Shown here: in pieces, positions 38,211 through 48,259 of the stretch
Layout: each line of letters begins with the position of its first letter
How positions within the stretch are numbered: the stretch's first letter is position 1
Assembly (NCBI GenBank): GCA_041664445.1
Contig: JBAYKT010000001.1
Span: 29,890 to 93,889, forward strand
DNA: 64,000 nt
Origin: Patescibacteria group bacterium
GTDB taxonomy: Bacteria > Patescibacteriota > Patescibacteriia > Patescibacteriales > UBA12465
Direction of reading: 5' to 3'
Position numbers and translations under genes: made by a program
Notes under the pieces: model-generated
Databases searched by the model: none
Seen by the model: the letters and a program-made list of their open reading frames with translations, nothing else
Told to the model about the DNA's origin: nothing

Positions 38211-41200
38211 TTATTCCGCTTTGCTATCTTTATCTTCGTCTAAGGAAATGATAATTTCCGGCTTCTCATAATCAAGCGTTTCTTCCTTTTCCAGCTCTTC
38301 ATCCAAATCGGTCATTACTTCAGAAGCGGTCAAACCACTGGCACCGTTTAAGAGCTCAACATTCAAGCCTAAACCTTTCAATTCTCTGATTAAAACGTTG
38401 AATGATTCCGGAACATTTAATTTTTCAATCTCTTCGCCCTTAATAATGGATTCATAAGCCTTACTGCGTCCAGGAATATCATCGGATTTAATGGTTAAGA
38501 TTTCCTGCAAAGTATGAGAAGCGCCGTAACCCTCCAAAGCCCAAACTTCCATTTCTCCGAATCTCTGGCCGCCGAATTGAGCTTTACCTCCTAAAGGCTG
38601 TTGGGTAATTAAAGAGTAAGGGCCAATTGAACGTTGATGAATCTTATCTTCAACCATATGGTTGAGCTTCAACATATACTTATAACCAACAGTAATTTGA
38701 TTATCATAAGCGCTGCCGGTCTTGCCATCATATAAAGTGACTTTTCCGTTCTCAGGCAAACCTGCTTTTTTCAATTCCCCTTTAATCTGTTCTTCGGTCA
38801 CACCGTTTAAAGCCGGGGTCATAATACGATAACCTAATTTCTTAGCCGCAAAGCCAAGATGAGTTTCTAACAACTGACCCAAGTTCATACGAGAAATAAT
38901 ACCGAGCGGAGATAGAATAACATCAATCGGCGTCCCGTCAGACATATAAGGCATATCTTCAATCGGTACAATTTTAGAAATAACACCTTTATTGCCATGG
39001 CGTCCGGACATCTTATCGCCAACTTGAATCTTTCTTAAGTTAGCCACTGAAACCTGAATGGATTGCAAAACACCGGCTGATAGTTTATCGCCTTCCTCAC
39101 GAGAGAAAATTTTAATATCCACGACTTTGCCGTGTTCACCGTGCTCTAAGTATAAGGAGGAATCGCGAACATCTTTAGCTTTCTCGCCGAAAATCGCGCG
39201 TAATAATTTTTCTTCAGCCGATAAAGTTGTTTCTCCTTTAGGGGTAATCTTACCAACTAAAATATCGCCGGAAGAAACTTCAGCGCCAATTCTGATAATA
39301 CCTTCGTCATCCAAGTTCTTTAATTTTTCCTCACTGATATTTGGGATATCGTTAGTCACTACCTCCGGGCCGAGTTTAGTATCGCGCACATCAATAGTAT
39401 AATTTTCAATATGAATGGAGGAATAGATATCTTCTTTAACTAAACGTTCAGAAATAATAACCGCATCTTCATAGTTAAAGCCTTCCCAGGTCATAAAGGC
39501 CACCAGCGCATTTCGGCCCAAAGACAATTCACCATTATCAATCGCCGGCCCATCGGATAAAACTTGGCCCTTCTTAACTTTTTCACCGACATCAACCGTT
39601 GGGTGCTGATTAATACAGGTGGAGGAGTTGGAACGTAAAAATTTATTTAAATTATAAGTCACGACTTGGTCTTTCTTGGTTGTTAATTCAATTAAGCCCG
39701 CCTCTGACTTGGTAATTACACCATCATCAGCTGCTAACACAACATGGCCGCTATCGCGAGCAGCACGTTCTTCGACGCCCGTGCCGACAACCGGCGCTTC
39801 ACTCTTAACTAAAGGCACAGCCTGACGTTGCATGTTTGTTCCCATCAAAGAACGCTGACCATCATTATGTTCCATGAAAGGGATTAAACTGGTGGCAATA
39901 GAAATAATTTGATTGGCGGCAACACCGACAAAATCAATCTTATCAACTTCTTCCATGCCCGGTTGGCCATATTTTCGACCTTCAAATTTAGATACCAAAA
40001 AGTACCCGTTTTCATCGGTCGGGATAGTAGAATCGACAGTAATATATTTTTCTTCTTCAAAAGCGTCCAAATAGACAATTTCGTCAGTTACGCGTGGACC
40101 TTTTTTATCTTTAACAACTTTACGATACGGAGTCTCTAAAAAGCCATAGCTATTTAATCTGGCATAGCTGGCTAAGTGGCCAACTAAACCGATATTCGGA
40201 CCTTCTGGGGTAGCAATCGGACAAATACGACCATAGTGAGTGGTATGTACATCACGAACATCAAAGCCTGCTCTTTCTCTAGTTAAACCGCCAGGACCCA
40301 TCGCCGATAAACGACGCTTGTGTTCCAATTCGGCGAGCGGATTGGTTTGATCCATGAATTGGGAAAGCTGAGAAGACATAAAGAATTCTCTAACGACACC
40401 AATCACTGGACGCGCGTTAACTAATTTGGAAGGAGTAAGTGAAGTAATTTCCGAAGTGGACATTCTATCCTTGATAATTCTTTCCATTCTGGCCAAACCA
40501 ACGCGGAAACGATTTTGGATTAAACCACCAATCGCGCGAATACGACGATTACCAAGATGATCAATATCGTCTTCCGGTTCTTTAGTAATATTTAATCTGA
40601 TAACCTCTTTAATAATCAGAACCAAATCTTCTTTTCTTAAAATACGATATTCTTTTTTAGTGGCCGGTAAATCTAAAGAGAAACGACGGTTAAGCTTATA
40701 GCGGCCGACACGTCCAAAATCATAACGATCAAAACGGAAGAACATGGAGTAAATTAATTGGCGGGCATTTTCTACCGAAGCCAAATCTCCTGGGCGAATA
40801 CGGCGATAAACTTCCTGCAAGCCTTCCGCTTCATCTTTAGCGGCGTCTTTTTCGATGGTTGCTTCAATAAAAGTTTTTTCATCTTTACTTTTTACCAAAT
40901 CAACATCGGCAAATAATTTTAAAATTTCTTCATCGCTGGAATAACCAAAAGCCCGTAAAAGCGAAGTTACTGCTACCTTACGTTTGCGATCAATTCTCAC
41001 CCAGAGAACTTTATTAGAATCTGATTCTATTTCCAACCAAGCACCGCGATTTGGAATAATCTTGGCGCCGTAGCATTTTTTGCCCTTAATAAATTCGGCG
41101 GTGAACATAACGCCGGCGCTACGGATTAACTGGGAAACAACGACTCTTTCAATACCATTAATAATGAAGGTGCCTTTATCGGTCATCAAAGGAAAATCAC

Positions 41201-41513
41201 CCAAGAAAACTTCTTGATTATTTGCTTGACCGGTTTTCTTATTTAATAGGCGCGTCTTAACGCGTAAAGACGCTTCGTAAGTAATATTTTTTTCTCGACT
41301 TTCAACTTCGGAAAATTTTGGTTCGTCTAAATTATAGTCTTCGAAATAAAGCTCTAAATCACGACCGATAAAATCAGTGACAGGATTAATTTCGTCGAAT
41401 AGCTCCGCTAAGCCTTCTTTTAAAAACCAAGTATAGGAATCCTTTTGAATCTCTATTAAATCCGGCATCGGCAGGACTTCTCTAACCTCGGAGAATGATT
41501 TGCGTTTAGACAT
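38211..41513 (-). CDS. rpoB: DNA-directed RNA polymerase subunit beta
   Basis: 1,100 aa with the rifampicin-region SQLSQFMDQTNPL, GRHGNKGV and GGQRFGEMEVWALE motifs. Confidence 0.97.
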   Translation of the reverse strand: MSKRKSFSEVREVLPMPDLIEIQKDSYTWFLKEGLAELFDEINPVTDFIGRDLELYFEDYNLDEPKFSEVESREKNITYEASLRVKTRLLNKKTGQANNQEVFLGDFPLMTDKGTFIINGIERVVVSQLIRSAGVMFTAEFIKGKKCYGAKIIPNRGAWLEIESDSNKVLWVRIDRKRKVAVTSLLRAFGYSSDEEILKLFADVDLVKSKDEKTFIEATIEKDAAKDEAEGLQEVYRRIRPGDLASVENARQLIYSMFFRFDRYDFGRVGRYKLNRRFSLDLPATKKEYRILRKEDLVLIIKEVIRLNITKEPEDDIDHLGNRRIRAIGGLIQNRFRVGLARMERIIKDRMSTSEITSLTPSKLVNARPVIGVVREFFMSSQLSQFMDQTNPLAELEHKRRLSAMGPGGLTRERAGFDVRDVHTTHYGRICPIATPEGPNIGLVGHLASYARLNSYGFLETPYRKVVKDKKGPRVTDEIVYLDAFEEEKYITVDSTIPTDENGYFLVSKFEGRKYGQPGMEEVDKIDFVGVAANQIISIATSLIPFMEHNDGQRSLMGTNMQRQAVPLVKSEAPVVGTGVEERAARDSGHVVLAADDGVITKSEAGLIELTTKKDQVVTYNLNKFLRSNSSTCINQHPTVDVGEKVKKGQVLSDGPAIDNGELSLGRNALVAFMTWEGFNYEDAVIISERLVKEDIYSSIHIENYTIDVRDTKLGPEVVTNDIPNISEEKLKNLDDEGIIRIGAEVSSGDILVGKITPKGETTLSAEEKLLRAIFGEKAKDVRDSSLYLEHGEHGKVVDIKIFSREEGDKLSAGVLQSIQVSVANLRKIQVGDKMSGRHGNKGVISKIVPIEDMPYMSDGTPIDVILSPLGIISRMNLGQLLETHLGFAAKKLGYRIMTPALNGVTEEQIKGELKKAGLPENGKVTLYDGKTGSAYDNQITVGYKYMLKLNHMVEDKIHQRSIGPYSLITQQPLGGKAQFGGQRFGEMEVWALEGYGASHTLQEILTIKSDDIPGRSKAYESIIKGEEIEKLNVPESFNVLIRELKGLGLNVELLNGASGLTASEVMTDLDEELEKEETLDYEKPEIIISLDEDKDSKAE

Positions 41514-41720
41514 AGATATATAGTGTAATTATTTAACTATTTTTATCGAATTAAAATGACGAAAGAGCAAAAAAAGATAGCCAGATTAAGTGGTTTTTAA
41601 CAAAAAAATCCCAATCCCAAATTGGCTTGAGTTTCGGTACGTATTAAATTAATTATTTTCTTTATATATCACTTTTTTTAAGTAAAAAAGTGTTAATGTA
41701 TCCTAATAATATGATAATAA

Positions 41721-43154
41721 TTATTTTTTGTCAATACACATTTTGTCCACAATCGCTTGACGCAGTTGTTCCCGATCATCCCAGGGTATTTTAGACCCCT
41801 CTGGACCACAAATATATTGTTCGGCGCCTTTGCCAGTAATTAACACTAAATCACCTTCTTTGGCTAATTCTAGTGATTTTTTGATAGCCTCCCCACGATC
41901 TAGGATTAAGAATAAGTCCTGGTTTTCTTTCTTTCCGACCATTTTAGCCCCAGCGGCCACATCTCTAATAATCACCCCGGGGTCCTCATCATAGGGGTCT
42001 TCATTGGTGATAATCACCACATCGGCTTTTTCGGCCGCCATCTTCCCTAAAATCGGCCGACGGGATTTATCGCGCCCCCCACCGGTTGAACCCAATATAT
42101 GAATTAAACGGTTATAAGGTAAGATTGAAATAGTCTCATATAATTTTTCTAGGGCTCGGGGTTCAAAAGAATAATCAACCAGCGCCGCAAAATCCTGACC
42201 GGCATTAATAATTTCCATTTTCCCCGCCAACCCGGAAACGCTTTCCAGACCAGTTTTGACTTTCTCAATTGCAATCCCCTGACTTAAGCCAACGGCGTAA
42301 GCGGCCAGCGCATTAAGAGCATTGAATTCTCCTAAAAGATTAAGATGAATATCTTGATTATTAATATTTAAATCCAGGCCGGCAATACTGGTTGACTTGA
42401 GCTCTCCGACAATGCTCACAAAATCTAAACCTGCGGAATCGCTCCCAAGCTTAGTTTTAAATTTTTCTAATTCGGCTAAACCGCGCATTGAATAAACTAT
42501 TTTTGATTCACTCCAAAACTCTCCAAAATAATCGGCGTGCTCATCATCACCGTTAATGATTATTGTTTTTTTAACACGCAGTAAATCTAATTTCTTTAAT
42601 CCGCTTTTAGCTTGAGAAACAATTTTATCTTCGCTAACATATTTATTTTTGAAACGGCGAAGATGAGAAAACAATAAACCCTTAGCTTGTTTGTATTTTT
42701 CAAAACTACCATGAGATTCGATGTGTTCCGGATATAGGCCGGTAAAAACTAAAACATCGTAATTAATAAAACGATGCCGAAATTGCTTAATGCCTTCAGA
42801 GGTTGTTTCAATGACCGCATAACGACAGCCATTTTTAAGCATTTTTTTAATTAACTTCTGGATAAAGACCCGACCGGGCATGGTCATCTTTTTATCGTTA
42901 AGCCATTCTTGATTGCCGTCAGAAAAAATCGTCGTCGAAGTATAGCCGGTCTTATATCCGGCTTTCTCCAACATCTTGGCAATTAAATAAACGGTGGAAG
43001 TTTTTCCGGCCGTGCCGGTAACGCCAATGACAATTAATTTCTTACTAGGAAAACCGCTCATCAGCGCCGCCAAAAAACTCATTAAAAAATGATAAACGGG
43101 CTGAAGCGCCTTAAACAAACGCTTAGGGATTATTTTTTTAAGCTTATCGGCCAT
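41721..43154 (-). CDS. murE: Mur ligase, MurE-type (UDP-MurNAc-L-Ala-D-Glu:diamino-acid ligase)
   Basis: P-loop GVTGTAGKTST, FTGLYPEHIESHGSFEKYKQAKGLLF and GSTGGGRDKSRRPILG (MurE GGDRDxxKR pattern). The N-terminus is short and hydrophobic in place of the usual N-domain. Confidence 0.8.
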   Translation of the reverse strand: MADKLKKIIPKRLFKALQPVYHFLMSFLAALMSGFPSKKLIVIGVTGTAGKTSTVYLIAKMLEKAGYKTGYTSTTIFSDGNQEWLNDKKMTMPGRVFIQKLIKKMLKNGCRYAVIETTSEGIKQFRHRFINYDVLVFTGLYPEHIESHGSFEKYKQAKGLLFSHLRRFKNKYVSEDKIVSQAKSGLKKLDLLRVKKTIIINGDDEHADYFGEFWSESKIVYSMRGLAELEKFKTKLGSDSAGLDFVSIVGELKSTSIAGLDLNINNQDIHLNLLGEFNALNALAAYAVGLSQGIAIEKVKTGLESVSGLAGKMEIINAGQDFAALVDYSFEPRALEKLYETISILPYNRLIHILGSTGGGRDKSRRPILGKMAAEKADVVIITNEDPYDEDPGVIIRDVAAGAKMVGKKENQDLFLILDRGEAIKKSLELAKEGDLVLITGKGAEQYICGPEGSKIPWDDREQLRQAIVDKMCIDKK

Positions 43155-43156
43155 AA

Positions 43157-43498
43157 TTAATTATTGAAGATTTTCGAATCAATCTTATTTTTTGTTGCTT
43201 GAGTTTCTCTATTCAAAGAATCGTTAGCAGGGCTAGATTCTTTAAGCAAGCCAGCTAAATCCGCTTCCGCCGCTTTAAGTTCTAAATTTTTTTCTTCAAG
43301 GCTCTGTCCGAGATATTTAGCATCGTCCTCAGCCATAAACATAATTTCTTTTTCCAGTTCGACAACTTTAGCGCGGGCGGCATTTATAGCATCATCCAAA
43401 GTTTTCTGACGCTCCCGCGGCGATTTAGCATCTTCTTTATTTCCCAAACGATCAAATTCATCATTGGGATAAACATTCTCAAAATGTTCAAATTTCAT
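43157..43498 (-). CDS. Hypothetical coiled-coil protein
   Basis: 113 aa, charged and heptad-like (VVELEKEIMFMAEDDAKYLGQSLEEKNLELKAAEADLAGLL). Lies 2 nt upstream of murE in the ftsK-murE operon. Confidence 0.65.
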   Translation of the reverse strand: MKFEHFENVYPNDEFDRLGNKEDAKSPRERQKTLDDAINAARAKVVELEKEIMFMAEDDAKYLGQSLEEKNLELKAAEADLAGLLKESSPANDSLNRETQATKNKIDSKIFNN

Positions 43499-43525
43499 AT
43501 TTTTAGCGATTAAATTATTAATAGT

Positions 43526-46069
43526 TTATTTAGAAAAAAACATCTCATCGTCATCATCCGGCGGAAAGGCCGGCTTTTTAGACTCCGAGGCTGCGGGCGA
43601 TTTTTTTTCAGCATCCGCGCCCTCTCTTATCTCTTCTAAAATTTCATCTTCATCATTTATAGCTTCTTCTTCCTCATCGGGAGTGAGGGTTAATTCTTCC
43701 GTAATCTCTTCTTCTACCTCTTCAGTCTCTTCCGTTTCCTGCTCTTCGCGGCCAAAATCTAAAACTCCGTCATCGCCTTCCTCCTCTTCAGGACTGCCAG
43801 CAGTGCCCCCAAAGTAGTTTTCCGGAGCTTTGGCAGTGGCACGATTATGAATTGGAATGCCGCCAAAACCGCTTTGTTCATCATACTCTTCCTGAGAAAT
43901 CATCACTTCGCGTGGTTTAGAACCATTGGACGGACCAATAATCCGCGCTTCTTCCAACATGTCTAAAATCTTAGCAGCCCGACCATATCCAATAGATAAC
44001 CTTCTTTGCAACATCGAAGTTGAAGCTTTACCAGCACGTACGATTATCTCTTTGGCTTCTTCGAACAATTCATCCTCATCGCCATGATTGCCGTCTAAAC
44101 CAACACCGGCGACGCCACCAACTTTTTGACGGTCAGTAATACCTTCCAGATATTCAGCGGCTCCGCTTTTATCTTTAATATAATTAACAACATCGTTAAT
44201 TTCATTATCGCTAAGATAAGCACCCTGAATACGTTTTGGTTTTGCCAGCTCGGCGGTAGAAAATAACATATCACCCTGCCCTAATAATTTCTCCGCGCCC
44301 GAAGCATCTAAAATAGTTTTAGAATCAACCAGTGAAGCGACGGAAAAAGCAATTCTGGTCGGAATGTTGGCTTTAATCAAACCAGTGATAACATCTACGC
44401 TCGGACGTTGAGTAGCTAAAATTAAATGGATACCAATCGCACGGGACATCTGCGCTAAGCGAATAATGGCGGCTTCCATTTCTTTACCGGCCGTCATCAT
44501 AAAATCAGCGAGTTCATCAATAATATAAACAATGTATGGCAACTTTTCCTTGGAAACTAAATTATAAGCTTGAATATTCTTTTTACCGGACTTATTTAAT
44601 AAGTCATAACGTCTGTCCATCTCGTTCAAGCACCACTTAAGCGAATTGATGGTTTTTGAAACCTCCGTAATGACCGGCGTTAACAGATGCGGAATACCAT
44701 TGTAAGTCGGGAGTTCAACGCGTTTAGGATCAACCATAATAAAACGCAAATCATCAGGATTATTTTGATAAAGCAGAGAGACAATAATAGCGTTTAAACA
44801 AACGGACTTCCCGGAATTAGTCGCACCGGCAACTAACAAGTGAGGCATCTTCGTTAAATCATATAACCAAGCGGTACCGGCGACATCTTTACCTAGGGCA
44901 ATATATAAATTATTTTTACGCTGCTTAAAAGCATCATCTTCTAAAATTTCGCGCAAACCAACGATTGCTTTAGCGCGATTGGGTACTTCTACGCCGACTA
45001 AAGATTTTCCAGGAATTGGAGCTTCAATTCTAATCGGATGCGCGGCCAGCGCCAGAGACAAATCATTACTTAGAGTTGTGATGCGCGAGAGCTTGACCCC
45101 TTCGGCCGGCCTAAAAGTATATTGGGTAACAGTCGGGCCAACCTTAGTTTCGCCCATCTCTACTTCAATCCCAAATTTATTTAAAGTGTTATGAATTTTT
45201 TGTTGATTTAAGTCAGTGTCACCGCCAATGGCTTTAGAAAATTTATTATTTAAAAGTTCCAGCGGCATATCAATCTTGATAGAATTTTTCGGCCAAGTAA
45301 TTTTTTCCTGCACCGGCTTTTGATTTTTAGGCTTAGCGACCGGAACAATATCTTCTTCGTCTTCATTCGCTAATTCCGCGAGCGCGCTCACATCACGCTT
45401 CTGCCAGGCGCTTAATACCTCTTCGCGAGCCGAAGTAATCAATTCTTCTCGCTCTTCAGTAATATCATCCGCCTCAGCTTCTGACTTAGAAAATAAGGCT
45501 TTAAAAAATAAAGCAAAAGGTTTAAAAATTTTAGCTAAAATACTTTCGCGGCCAACAATTTTTTCTAGTGAAGTATTAAAAACCAGTACTAAAGAAATAA
45601 GGAAGAAAGCAAAAAGCACAATTACTCCTCCCCAAAATCCGACGACATATAAAAATAAGCGGCTTAAATAATAACCGACATAACCGCCACCCTCCCCCAG
45701 CTTAACCATCGCTAACCAATTCTTTTGGTCAATAAAAAAGTGAAACAAAGTTTGATAAGAGACAAATAAGAGACCGAGACCGAGATAATCACTAAACTTC
45801 AAGGTCTTTTTAGCGCCTCTTATTAAGACAAAGGCCCAATATAAAAGCAGAATCGGTACCAGCCAGCGGCCATAACCGAATCCCAGGGTAAGCATTTTAG
45901 AAACGAATTGGCCAAAATGACCGGAAAGGTTAAGTAGTCCTAAGAAACTAATAATTCCCAAGGCTAAAATTACAACAATAATAATACTGCGCTTGGCACG
46001 GTCGTTAATTTCAAAATCCGGCAAAGTAACATAATCCATTGGATTGCGACTCTTCTTTTTTCTGCCCAT
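43526..46069 (-). CDS. ftsK: DNA translocase FtsK/SpoIIIE
   Basis: N-terminal TM helices, Walker A GATNSGKSV, Walker B YIVYIIDELAD, and the gamma winged helix STSMLQRRLSIGYGRAAKILD. These are followed by an unusual ~120-aa acidic tail. Confidence 0.93.
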   Translation of the reverse strand: MGRKKKSRNPMDYVTLPDFEINDRAKRSIIIVVILALGIISFLGLLNLSGHFGQFVSKMLTLGFGYGRWLVPILLLYWAFVLIRGAKKTLKFSDYLGLGLLFVSYQTLFHFFIDQKNWLAMVKLGEGGGYVGYYLSRLFLYVVGFWGGVIVLFAFFLISLVLVFNTSLEKIVGRESILAKIFKPFALFFKALFSKSEAEADDITEEREELITSAREEVLSAWQKRDVSALAELANEDEEDIVPVAKPKNQKPVQEKITWPKNSIKIDMPLELLNNKFSKAIGGDTDLNQQKIHNTLNKFGIEVEMGETKVGPTVTQYTFRPAEGVKLSRITTLSNDLSLALAAHPIRIEAPIPGKSLVGVEVPNRAKAIVGLREILEDDAFKQRKNNLYIALGKDVAGTAWLYDLTKMPHLLVAGATNSGKSVCLNAIIVSLLYQNNPDDLRFIMVDPKRVELPTYNGIPHLLTPVITEVSKTINSLKWCLNEMDRRYDLLNKSGKKNIQAYNLVSKEKLPYIVYIIDELADFMMTAGKEMEAAIIRLAQMSRAIGIHLILATQRPSVDVITGLIKANIPTRIAFSVASLVDSKTILDASGAEKLLGQGDMLFSTAELAKPKRIQGAYLSDNEINDVVNYIKDKSGAAEYLEGITDRQKVGGVAGVGLDGNHGDEDELFEEAKEIIVRAGKASTSMLQRRLSIGYGRAAKILDMLEEARIIGPSNGSKPREVMISQEEYDEQSGFGGIPIHNRATAKAPENYFGGTAGSPEEEEGDDGVLDFGREEQETEETEEVEEEITEELTLTPDEEEEAINDEDEILEEIREGADAEKKSPAASESKKPAFPPDDDDEMFFSK

Positions 46070-46117
46070 ATTAGTAAAACCTATTAATTGAGCTTAAAAC
46101 AGCTCGGATATGTTTAA

Positions 46118-46126
46118 ATTATAGCA
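46118..46126 (-). promoter_or_regulatory. Extended -10 promoter (TGCTATAAT on minus strand) upstream of ftsK
   Basis: The reverse complement of 46118..46126 reads TGCTATAAT, about 50 nt upstream of the ftsK ATG (46069). Confidence 0.45.
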
Positions 46127-46162
46127 CAAAATGAAAATTAGCTTTAAATCAGCTAACTTCGA

Positions 46163-47188
46163 TTAATTAATCTCCATATCAATAAACACCGCTTCCGGCA
46201 CTTTAGCGCGAATCTTCTTTTCTAAATCATCAATTTTTTGACCAACCAAGCGCGGCACTCGATCCATATAGTCAACCGAAAACTTCAAAAAGTTCTCATA
46301 GCTTTCTTTAACATCTTCATACTCGTTCTCTAAAAAATGATGTTTGTTAAATTCTTTCATTAACGCGGAAGCATTAAATTCAATATCACATTTGATTAAG
46401 TATTTATCAACATCTAAGACCGCCGATTTAAAATCCAAAACTTTTTCAATCGCCGGGTCGCTATTTAAAACCTCCAAAACCAGTTCTTCGGCCTCCGCTG
46501 GGATACACCTAGTGATTAGATAGTTGCGATTCTTCGCGATTAAAATAATGGCCGCGATTCCCAAAGAAGTACCGATAGCGATGGAGCCGACGGCATCCCA
46601 AAAAATCTGACCGGTAATTTGAGATAAGATAATACTGAGACCAGCTAAAGCGACACCGATAACGGCTAGCCCGTCTTCATAAATAACCGCTAAAGTCGTC
46701 GGGTCAGCTTTCTTAAAAATACAACCCCAAGTATCATTAGGAAAATGGCGACGCACATCTTTAAACGCCAGCCATAAAGTAAAAGATTCAATAACAAAAG
46801 CGGCAAGTAGAATATAGAGGTTCCAGACGTTAAAATGAATTTCCGGTTTATTAATTAGGGCATCAACCCCATGATAAATGGTAACGCCGGCGCCAATAAA
46901 AAAGATGCCGCAGGCGGAAATGAGTGCCCAAATAAAACGCTCGCGGCCATAACCATAAGGAAAAAGATGATTGGGCTGCTTTTTAGTTTTTTTAACACCA
47001 ATAATCAACAAGGATTGATTAGCCGTATCGGCAAAACTATGAACCGCTTCGGAAAACATCGCACCCGAACCAGTCAAAGCAAACCCGGCAAACTTAGCAA
47101 CACAGACAGTGGCGTTACCGAAAAAAGCAGCAATCACCGGCAAGAGTCCAGAAATTTTACCATTCTCAGTCGTAGCGGAAGAAATCAT
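46163..47188 (-). CDS. Cation diffusion facilitator (CDF) family transporter
   Basis: AKFAGFALTGSGAMFSEAVHSFADTANQ (TM2 HxxxD metal site), six TM helices and a cytoplasmic C-terminal domain; 341 aa. Confidence 0.85.
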   Translation of the reverse strand: MISSATTENGKISGLLPVIAAFFGNATVCVAKFAGFALTGSGAMFSEAVHSFADTANQSLLIIGVKKTKKQPNHLFPYGYGRERFIWALISACGIFFIGAGVTIYHGVDALINKPEIHFNVWNLYILLAAFVIESFTLWLAFKDVRRHFPNDTWGCIFKKADPTTLAVIYEDGLAVIGVALAGLSIILSQITGQIFWDAVGSIAIGTSLGIAAIILIAKNRNYLITRCIPAEAEELVLEVLNSDPAIEKVLDFKSAVLDVDKYLIKCDIEFNASALMKEFNKHHFLENEYEDVKESYENFLKFSVDYMDRVPRLVGQKIDDLEKKIRAKVPEAVFIDMEIN

Positions 47189-47191
47189 AAT

Positions 47192-48259
47192 TTATAGATT
47201 AGTTTTTATAAACTTTAAATAGTCGTTAAAGTTATCAGTAATTTTTTGGCGGCGAGTTCTAAATTTGGATTGATAATTTTTTCGCTTTTTGAAAATGGCT
47301 TGAGAACGCTTGAGCAACTCACCACTCTTAAGTTTATCCAAATCAACCACTAATTCCGGATGGCCGATAAATTCCGCAAATCCGTAGTTTCGAATATCGT
47401 AAGCAACACTAATTTCCGGAGTCAAAGCCCCAAAAGACATCACGCCGACATGGAGCATCATACCAATCACTAAATCCAGTTTTCCATAAATATATTTTTG
47501 TTCACTGGGTTTTAAATCTACAATTTTTAAATTTTTTATTTTAAGTTCCGGATAAATATTATCTTCGCCGGGATGATGTTTTAAATAATAAATCTCAGCG
47601 TCAAACTCTTGCTGAAAATATTCCGCTGTTTCTCGATAAGCGCGCAAAATATCTTCCCGCCATTTTCCAAAACCCAGCCAACCAGAATAATTAAGATTAA
47701 AACCGACTTTAACGCGACGCGGCAAAAGCATTAATTTATTCATCGTGCTGACTACCGGCTTCTTTTCCGATAATAGTGCTGCTGGGTCACCAATAATTTT
47801 AATAGCGGCCGATTTTATTCCCCCGGCAATCAAAAAGCGCTTGGTATTTAAATCGCGCACGCCAACACCGCGAGCCTGCTTAACTAAAGCGATAACGCTG
47901 GCGCTCTTATCTTTAGTCCATAACGGGGCGTCGACTTCTTTAATATAACCAAGACCAAATAAAAAAATCGGCTTCTTAAGTGCCGCTATCATTTCCTGGC
48001 TGAAAGGTAAAAAATAAGAATAAAAAATCCCGCCACCACCAATAACAATTAAATCGGCGCGATTTAATTTAGCGGCTTGCGCCTGATCATAACTCTTTAA
48101 AACTTCAACCGGAAAATTATTAATAATCGCTCCGGGAAATTTTTTAAGCAATAATTCTTGCACCGCCAACACGATGGCGTAATCGCCCTTATTATTTTTA
48201 TCCCAAACATGAATATGAGCAATTTGATAACGCTTGGTTTTAACCGTTTCTTTTTTCAT
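47192..48259 (-). CDS. Polysaccharide pyruvyl transferase family protein
   Basis: 355 aa. N-terminal NKGDYAIVLA and the Rossmann-like GGGGIF pattern are typical of the PS_pyruv_trans family. Confidence 0.7.
   Translation of the reverse strand: MKKETVKTKRYQIAHIHVWDKNNKGDYAIVLAVQELLLKKFPGAIINNFPVEVLKSYDQAQAAKLNRADLIVIGGGGIFYSYFLPFSQEMIAALKKPIFLFGLGYIKEVDAPLWTKDKSASVIALVKQARGVGVRDLNTKRFLIAGGIKSAAIKIIGDPAALLSEKKPVVSTMNKLMLLPRRVKVGFNLNYSGWLGFGKWREDILRAYRETAEYFQQEFDAEIYYLKHHPGEDNIYPELKIKNLKIVDLKPSEQKYIYGKLDLVIGMMLHVGVMSFGALTPEISVAYDIRNYGFAEFIGHPELVVDLDKLKSGELLKRSQAIFKKRKNYQSKFRTRRQKITDNFNDYLKFIKTNL

Noticed and set aside
41514-41720. 207-nt AT-rich spacer upstream of rpoB, with an A/T hairpin (cactttttt...aaaaaagtg) just after murE.
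   Set aside because: The hairpin is almost pure A/T and is not followed by a T-run, and no convincing -35/-10 pair could be placed. I did not call a terminator or promoter here, although one is likely present.
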